Shown here: in pieces, positions 58,207-64,000 of the stretch
Position numbering within the stretch: the stretch's first letter is position 1
How the letters are laid out: every line of letters starts with the position of its first letter
Assembly (NCBI GenBank): GCA_963740315.1
Contig: CAVUDP010000002.1
Span: 3,232,001-3,296,000, forward strand
Source of the DNA: an uncultured cyanobacterium
Lineage (GTDB): Bacteria; Cyanobacteriota; Cyanobacteriia; Cyanobacteriales; Nostocaceae
Direction of reading: 5' to 3'
Length of the DNA: 64,000 nt
Translations under genes and position numbers: made by a program
Notes under the pieces: model-generated
The model's input: only the letters and a program-made list of their open reading frames with translations
Database searches by the model: none
Told to the model about the DNA's origin: nothing

Positions 58207-59778
58207 ATGGAAAACAAAATCCTCTACGTTCGCCTTCCTTGTAATCCGATCTTTCCCCTGGGGGTAGTTTACCTTGCAGATCACGTCCACAAGCTATTCG
58301 AGAATGTCGAACAGCGGATTCTTGATTTGGGAACGGTACCACCTTTAGACTATAAGCCTGCTCTGGATGCTTGTATTGATGAATTTAAACCAACGCTGTT
58401 AATTTATTCTTGGCGTGATATTCATATTTTTGCTCCAGTTGGTGGAAGGGGTGGGAATCCGCTACAATATTCTTTTGAAATTTTCTATGCCAAAAATCCC
58501 TTTGTGAAAATGCACGGGGCTTTAGGTGGCGTACAAATGCTCAAAGGCTTTTATACAGAGCTTTGGCGCAATTCAGCATTGATTAAACGCGGATTAAAAC
58601 GCGCTCGTAGATACAACAAAGATGTCCGTGTAATTGTTGGTGGTGGTGCGGTTAGCGTTTATTACGAACAGTTGAGCAACAGCTTACCTAAAGGTTCTAT
58701 TATTTCTGTTGGTGAAGGGGAAACTTTACTAGAAAAACTGTTAAGCGGCAGAGAATTTCGGGATGAACGGTGTTATGTGGTGGGAGAAACTCAACCGCGC
58801 GATCGCCTAATTCACGAACAACCCACTCCCATTGAAAAAAGTGCTTGTAATTACGACTATATAGAAAGTATTTGGTCTGAGTTTAACTATTATCTTCAAG
58901 AACAAGACTTTTATATTGGCGTACAAACTAAGCGCGGTTGTCCTCATAATTGCTGCTACTGCGTTTATACGGTTGTGGAAGGTAAGCAGGTGCGGATTAA
59001 TCCTGCTTCGGAAGTAGTTGCGGAAATGCGACAACTTTCCGATCGCGGAATTCGTAAATTCTGGTTTACCGATGCCCAGTTTATTCCAGCACGAAAATTT
59101 ATGGATGATGCTGTGGAGTTACTGGAAAAAATCGTTGATTCTGGAATGACGGATATTAATTGGGCAGCGTATATCCGCGCCGATAACCTGACTCCGAAGC
59201 TGTGCGATTTGATGGTAAAAACCGGAATGAATTATTTTGAAATCGGTATTACCAGCGGTTCTCAAGAGCTGGTGCGAAAAATGCGGATGGGCTATAATCT
59301 GCGAACCGTTTTAGAAAACTGCCGCGATTTAAAAGCAGCCGGGTTTAATGATTTAGTTTCCGTTAACTATTCTTTTAATGTAATAGACGAACGTCCAGAA
59401 ACTATTCGTCAAACCATCGCTTACCATCGCGAATTAGAACGAATTTTCGGAGTAGATAAAGTTGAACCGGCGATTTTCTTTATTGGTTTGCAGCCGCACA
59501 CTCATTTAGAAGAATACGCTTTTAAAGAAGGTATTCTCAATAAAGGTTACAATCCGATGCTTTTAGCTCCGTGGAATGCGAGAAAACTACTATGGAATCC
59601 CGAACCTCTGGGTTCCTTTTTTGGTGAAGTCTGCTTGCAAGCTACGCGACAAAACCCGAATGATTTCGGACGCGAAGTCATGAAGATCCTAGAAGAAAAA
59701 CTTGGTTGCGCTCAACTGGAAGAAGCACTTTCTGCACCAATTGAAACAAAACCAAAACAGTTAGCAACTGTATTATAG
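58207..59778 (+). CDS. B12-binding-like radical SAM protein (photosystem II high-light acclimation family)
   Basis: CPHNCCYC (CxxxCxxC), TKRG, FWFTDAQF; N-terminal YVRLPCNPIFP. Confidence 0.88.
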   Translation: MENKILYVRLPCNPIFPLGVVYLADHVHKLFENVEQRILDLGTVPPLDYKPALDACIDEFKPTLLIYSWRDIHIFAPVGGRGGNPLQYSFEIFYAKNPFVKMHGALGGVQMLKGFYTELWRNSALIKRGLKRARRYNKDVRVIVGGGAVSVYYEQLSNSLPKGSIISVGEGETLLEKLLSGREFRDERCYVVGETQPRDRLIHEQPTPIEKSACNYDYIESIWSEFNYYLQEQDFYIGVQTKRGCPHNCCYCVYTVVEGKQVRINPASEVVAEMRQLSDRGIRKFWFTDAQFIPARKFMDDAVELLEKIVDSGMTDINWAAYIRADNLTPKLCDLMVKTGMNYFEIGITSGSQELVRKMRMGYNLRTVLENCRDLKAAGFNDLVSVNYSFNVIDERPETIRQTIAYHRELERIFGVDKVEPAIFFIGLQPHTHLEEYAFKEGILNKGYNPMLLAPWNARKLLWNPEPLGSFFGEVCLQATRQNPNDFGREVMKILEEKLGCAQLEEALSAPIETKPKQLATVL

Positions 59779-59784
59779 AAAACA

Positions 59785-59810
59785 AGTAGGGTGGCATAGT
59801 TCACCCTACT
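59785..59810. terminator. GTAG-type hairpin after the radical SAM gene
   Basis: AGTAGGGTG..CACCCTACT inverted repeat. Confidence 0.55.
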
Positions 59811-60031
59811 ATAAAGAAAGTAGCGGGAGCAGAGGAAACACACTCAGCAGAAAAAGAAAAAATAGTATATGGGATTCAGACTCAAAGCAATATGCCTTTT
59901 TATTTGTGTATATTTTTGGGGGCTTTAAATAATACTTATTAATTGCAATAATAAAATGACTCTATAGCTATAGGGTGTTAAAATTGCTCGCAATCCATTC
60001 GAGATTACTTTAATAGAATAAATAAAATAAA

Positions 60032-61423
60032 ATGTTAGAAGGCTCAATACTCCAAAGGCTACAATCAGCCCATCAAGATAGCAAAAGACCGATCGGATAC
60101 GGCGTTTACTATAAGAATACCTTGGTCGCTCTGTGCCATGCTTTAGAAGATCGTATATTAGAGGACGATGGTAAACCTTTAGTTATCACCGCTTTTCAGA
60201 AAGGTAAATGGTATATAGAAGAAGCCGAACGATATGCAGATATTGCCTCTTGTTCCCGGCACATTGCGATTATGGCGGCTCCCGATAGTGGATGGCTCGA
60301 ACATCCTACCAGCAAATTACCTAATGTAGACTTGGTAGCTATCGAGCCAGAAGATCCGGTTGCCGAAGAATGGCATTTAATTATTTTATCGCCTAATTAC
60401 ACGGCAATGGTAATTTGTCAAGAGTTATCAGAAGCTGATTATGGTTTATTAGGACAGCCAGCATCCGATTTAGAACGGAAATTCTACGGTTTGTGGACAT
60501 TTGAGCCAGATTTGGTCAGGGAAACTGCTTTAATTGCGATCGCTCATATCGAAAATTACAATCCGGAACTAGCTAAAAAACTGCACGAATATCAACAAGA
60601 AATTAAGCCAGCAACTGTCACATCAAATGATTTAGCAACCGTTGTTTCCAAGGTAGTAGATTATTTGCAGACTGAGCAGATAAATATTTCCGTTCCCGCA
60701 GGTAATCGCCATAAAATTTTAGATAGAAACTTAGTCTCTAATGAAATTCAGGCATTTTTACGGATGGCACAAATTCTTGATGCTACCGATATTGCTAATC
60801 CAATGGCAGGAAGAGAGGTTGTAGCATTATCAGAAACAATAGGGCAGCTTTTAGATTTGCCTGCGTGGCAGATGAAAAGATTGCGGCTTGCAAGCTATTT
60901 ACATCGCATACATCCCCTGCAAACCGCCCAAAGTGTTTTTACCCCTGGGGCAAACAGCTACCAAGAAGACGCTCCTAGTTGTCCTTTAACTTGTCCTTTA
61001 GTACCGGGAACTCAGGTTTTACGCACCATGCCAAGATTGCGAGCTGTAGCGCAAATTATTACCCATCAATCCGAATGGTGGGATGGTAGTGGAGAGCCAG
61101 CAAGCTTAGCAGGAGATGAAATTCCTTTGGAGTCAAGAATTTTGGCTTTAATAGCAGACTTTCAATCTAAAGTAAACCAGAAGTCTTCTTCCGGGTTGAG
61201 TAAAGAAGAAATACTTACTCAAGCTTTAGAAGAATGCAAACAACAAGAGTCAAGTCATTTTGACCCTAAACTAGTAGAAACTTTGAGTTTATTAGTCATG
61301 GGTTTGCATCAAGGGCTAGAATTACCCGTAATTACGCCTAAGCTGAGCGCCGGAATGTGGTTGCTTGAAAGTCAAGAAGAAATTATTAACGAGTCGAGTG
61401 GAACAAGAAGTTATCGTAAATAA
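60032..61423 (+). CDS. DICT sensory domain plus degenerate HD-GYP domain protein
   Basis: YYKNTLVALCHALED, AFQKGKWY, EEWHL (DICT); HQSEWWDGSGEP..LAGDEIPLESRI (HD-GYP-like). Confidence 0.85.
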   Translation: MLEGSILQRLQSAHQDSKRPIGYGVYYKNTLVALCHALEDRILEDDGKPLVITAFQKGKWYIEEAERYADIASCSRHIAIMAAPDSGWLEHPTSKLPNVDLVAIEPEDPVAEEWHLIILSPNYTAMVICQELSEADYGLLGQPASDLERKFYGLWTFEPDLVRETALIAIAHIENYNPELAKKLHEYQQEIKPATVTSNDLATVVSKVVDYLQTEQINISVPAGNRHKILDRNLVSNEIQAFLRMAQILDATDIANPMAGREVVALSETIGQLLDLPAWQMKRLRLASYLHRIHPLQTAQSVFTPGANSYQEDAPSCPLTCPLVPGTQVLRTMPRLRAVAQIITHQSEWWDGSGEPASLAGDEIPLESRILALIADFQSKVNQKSSSGLSKEEILTQALEECKQQESSHFDPKLVETLSLLVMGLHQGLELPVITPKLSAGMWLLESQEEIINESSGTRSYRK

Positions 61424-61586
61424 TTTAACATCGATCGGCGTTTTGGATGGATAATAATCTCATACATAGACGTAGAGAGTATTAAATATTTTATCTCTTT
61501 GCGTCTAGTGAATTTAATTTGAAATTTAAGTTCAAGTTTGAATTTATTAATATTTGTTGATAGTAAAAAGATATATAAATATATAT

Positions 61587-62228
61587 ATGAATATTGAAGG
61601 CATTAAATCGGGTGAATTGAAGCAGCTAGCTGGAGTTGATTTAGAAGACGAAGATTTATCTCAAAGTGATTTGAGTCGAGCAAACCTTGCTGGAGCAACT
61701 TTGGTAGGTACAAATTTTGCTAATTCAAAATTTGAAGGCGCTCATTTAGAAGGAGCGAATTTAATGGGCGCAAACCTTCAAGAAACTGACTTGCGAGCAA
61801 ACTTGATGGGAGCTAATTTAATGCAAGCAAATTTAAGCGGTGCCGATGTACGAGGCAGTAATTTACGCGGCGCTAACTTGATGGGCGCTAAACTTGACCA
61901 AGTTAGTTTTGCAGGTGCTTTTTTAAGCGGTAGTAATTTAATCAACGTTGATTTACAAGGCGTTGATTTACGTGGTGCCGATTTGCGTGGTGCGAATCTT
62001 ACGGGTGCGAACCTTAAAGGTGCAGACTTAAGCCGTGCAGATTTACAGGGCGCGTTATTAAGCGAAGCTAACTTAGAAGAAGCCGATTTACGCTCTTCTA
62101 ATCTTTCCGGAGCGAATTTTACAGCTGCAAATTTATTATGTGCGGAATTAGAAGGTGCAAATTTAAGCGGTGTAAATTTCGATAAAGCTTGTTTGGTAGG
62201 AACTGTAGCCGAAAAAGTTTCTAAGTAA
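61587..62228 (+). CDS. Pentapeptide repeat protein
   Basis: Continuous A(N/D)Lxx repeats; first ATG at 61587. Confidence 0.92.
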   Translation: MNIEGIKSGELKQLAGVDLEDEDLSQSDLSRANLAGATLVGTNFANSKFEGAHLEGANLMGANLQETDLRANLMGANLMQANLSGADVRGSNLRGANLMGAKLDQVSFAGAFLSGSNLINVDLQGVDLRGADLRGANLTGANLKGADLSRADLQGALLSEANLEEADLRSSNLSGANFTAANLLCAELEGANLSGVNFDKACLVGTVAEKVSK

Positions 62229-62246
62229 ATTAGAAATTGAATAGAG

Positions 62247-62301
62247 GTTCGTACTAAGGAGTTTATTCCTCAAATCAAGGACTAAAGTCCTGACTACGAA
62301 C
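62247..62301. repeat. GTTCGTA...TACGAAC dispersed element
   Basis: Same family as 6317-6368; internal AGGACT-AA-AGTCCT hairpin. Confidence 0.75.
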
Positions 62302-62428
62302 TTATTATAAAAAATTTTACAGGAACATTTAAGCAGCCTTAGACGTTATCAAACCAGGGTAAATAATTTTATTTGAAAACAGAAAAATTTATTAACCTTT
62401 ATTTGACTTAAAAATTTGACGCAATTTT

Positions 62429-63571
62429 ATGGTTGTATCATACTCGATTTCAGTAGCTTGCAACCGATTGGCAGCAATTTCTGCTTTAGTTGTAATTCCG
62501 TGGTTAATATCGGTAGCGCCTGCTTTTTCTAAGGATAACAGTTCATTATCCGAACGTTTAATAAGTAATAAGAATAGTAATTTTAGTTTTATAATTCAGC
62601 CAAAATTTACTTCTGTAAACGAATTTTCTGAAGGTTTGGCTTCAGTATATATTGGCTATCGTAAGGGATATATTAACGGTACTGGTAAAGTGGTTATCCC
62701 GCCAGTATTTGACGCTGCTGGAGAATTCTCCGAAGGGTTAGCATGGGTAAATATGGGTGGTAAATGGGGATATATTAATAAAAAAGGTCTGTTAGCCATT
62801 CAGCCCAAATTTGATATAGCTCGGGAATTTTCTCAGGGAGTAGCACTTGTAAAGTTAGGAGATAAATGGGGTTATATTAACAAAGCGGGTGAATTTGCGA
62901 TCGAGCCTCAATTTGATAACGCCATGTCTTTTGCAATCGATAAGCAAAGCAAAGTTGCCGATAAACTAGCGCTAGCACCAGTCAAGGTAGGTGATAAATG
63001 GGGCTATATCGATAAAAGCGGAAATTTTGTAATTAAACCCCAATTTAACGATGCTGCTTCTTTTGATGAAGATATGGCACCAGTTAAAGTTAATGGCAAA
63101 TGGGGTTACATAAACAATAAAGGAAAATTGGCGATCGCACCTCAATTTGAACGAGCGTGGAAATTTTCCGAAGGTTTGGCATTAGCAAGCAATAATAGCA
63201 AATGGGGATATATAAATAGCAAGGGTAAATTCCATATCAAGCCATCTTTTTTAGAAGCCAGTAATTTTTCCAACGGACTTGCATCAGTGTGGATAGATGG
63301 TAAATATGGTTATATAAACAATAAAGGTAAACTGGTTATCAAACCACAATTTGAAGACGTTGGTACATTTTCTCAAGGTTTTGCAAAGATAAATATCGGT
63401 CAAAAATGGGGCTATATTAATAAAAAAGGTCAAATAGTAATCTCGCCACAATTCGAGCGTGTAGGCGATTTATTATCATACCAAAGAAGTACGGCTGTTC
63501 CAAAAGTAGGACAGGCATGGGTAAAAGTTGGCGATAAATGGGGTTATATTAGCTTACCTTTAAATGAATAA
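62429..63571 (+). CDS. Exported WG (KWG) repeat protein
   Basis: Repeated KWGYINxxG...FSEGLA units; signal peptide. Confidence 0.92.
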   Translation: MVVSYSISVACNRLAAISALVVIPWLISVAPAFSKDNSSLSERLISNKNSNFSFIIQPKFTSVNEFSEGLASVYIGYRKGYINGTGKVVIPPVFDAAGEFSEGLAWVNMGGKWGYINKKGLLAIQPKFDIAREFSQGVALVKLGDKWGYINKAGEFAIEPQFDNAMSFAIDKQSKVADKLALAPVKVGDKWGYIDKSGNFVIKPQFNDAASFDEDMAPVKVNGKWGYINNKGKLAIAPQFERAWKFSEGLALASNNSKWGYINSKGKFHIKPSFLEASNFSNGLASVWIDGKYGYINNKGKLVIKPQFEDVGTFSQGFAKINIGQKWGYINKKGQIVISPQFERVGDLLSYQRSTAVPKVGQAWVKVGDKWGYISLPLNE

Positions 63572-63642
63572 TTCTAAGGTAATTGGTAATTGGTAATTGG
63601 TAATTGGTATACGCCCCCATGCTCCGCATGAATGGTAATTGT

Positions 63643-64000
63643 TCATTGTTCATTGTTAACTGTTAACTGTTTTTGGCGCATCCACAAAGCTAACAATATT
63701 AAACTCAATAAACCCATTACCCCAGCTAAGGGATTATTATTTACGCCAGTAACCCATTGGGGAACTGTGCCAGAATATTTGATTAATTTTCCTACTTCAA
63801 GAATGTAATTACCCCAAACTAAACCCCCATGAATTCCTATGGGTAAGCCCAAGCGCCCCCGACAACTGCGTTTAGCCCAGACGCACGTTAAACCTAAAAG
63901 TACTAATCCCAAAAATTGCGGCGAATTTTTAATAATTTCTGGCAGTGGTTTAATAAAATGCAGTACGGCAAAAATAATCGCGACTGCCCAAACTACCACT
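63643..64000 (-). CDS. CPBP/Abi family intramembrane glutamic endopeptidase; 3' part only
   Basis: FAVLH and PIGIHGGLVW motifs; truncated by the window edge. Confidence 0.85.
   Translation of the reverse strand, partial: VVVWAVAIIFAVLHFIKPLPEIIKNSPQFLGLVLLGLTCVWAKRSCRGRLGLPIGIHGGLVWGNYILEVGKLIKYSGTVPQWVTGVNNNPLAGVMGLLSLILLALWMRQKQLTVNNEQ

Noticed and set aside
1..64000. tRNA, rRNA or transposase genes
   Set aside because: No cloverleaf, rRNA-like segment or transposase ORF was recognised by eye. tRNAscan-SE and Infernal would be needed to exclude them formally.

Overview
A 64-kb chromosomal window from a filamentous, heterocyst-forming cyanobacterium (Nostocales; Rivularia/Calothrix-like is only a guess). 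The evidence is frequent HIP1 octamers (GCGATCGC), heptamer STRR arrays in most intergenic regions, and pcyA next to a devBCA operon with a canonical NtcA promoter. Most genes are housekeeping or common cyanobacterial genes: topA-type topoisomerase, wecB, glgA, hemC, tenA, ilvD, pcyA, devBCA, a radical SAM protein, and pentapeptide, TPR and WG repeat proteins. The standout accessory feature is a two-gene AT-rich cassette (12107-14574). It pairs an AetD-like heme-oxygenase-like diiron enzyme (putative nitrile synthase) with a PrnA/RebH-type tryptophan halogenase, suggesting a minimal route to a halogenated indole nitrile. Other notable items are: a CooC-like ATPase divergent from a metal ABC lipoprotein around a Fur/Zur-type box; a CHAT protease with an amyloid-like linker; an aminosugar/GT2/FemAB-GNAT trio; a toxin-antitoxin islet with a RelE pseudogene; and several MITE/REP-like repeats, one at the junction of a 129-bp tandem duplication. 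All family assignments come from motif recognition by eye, and no database search was run. No rRNA, tRNA or CRISPR array was seen.
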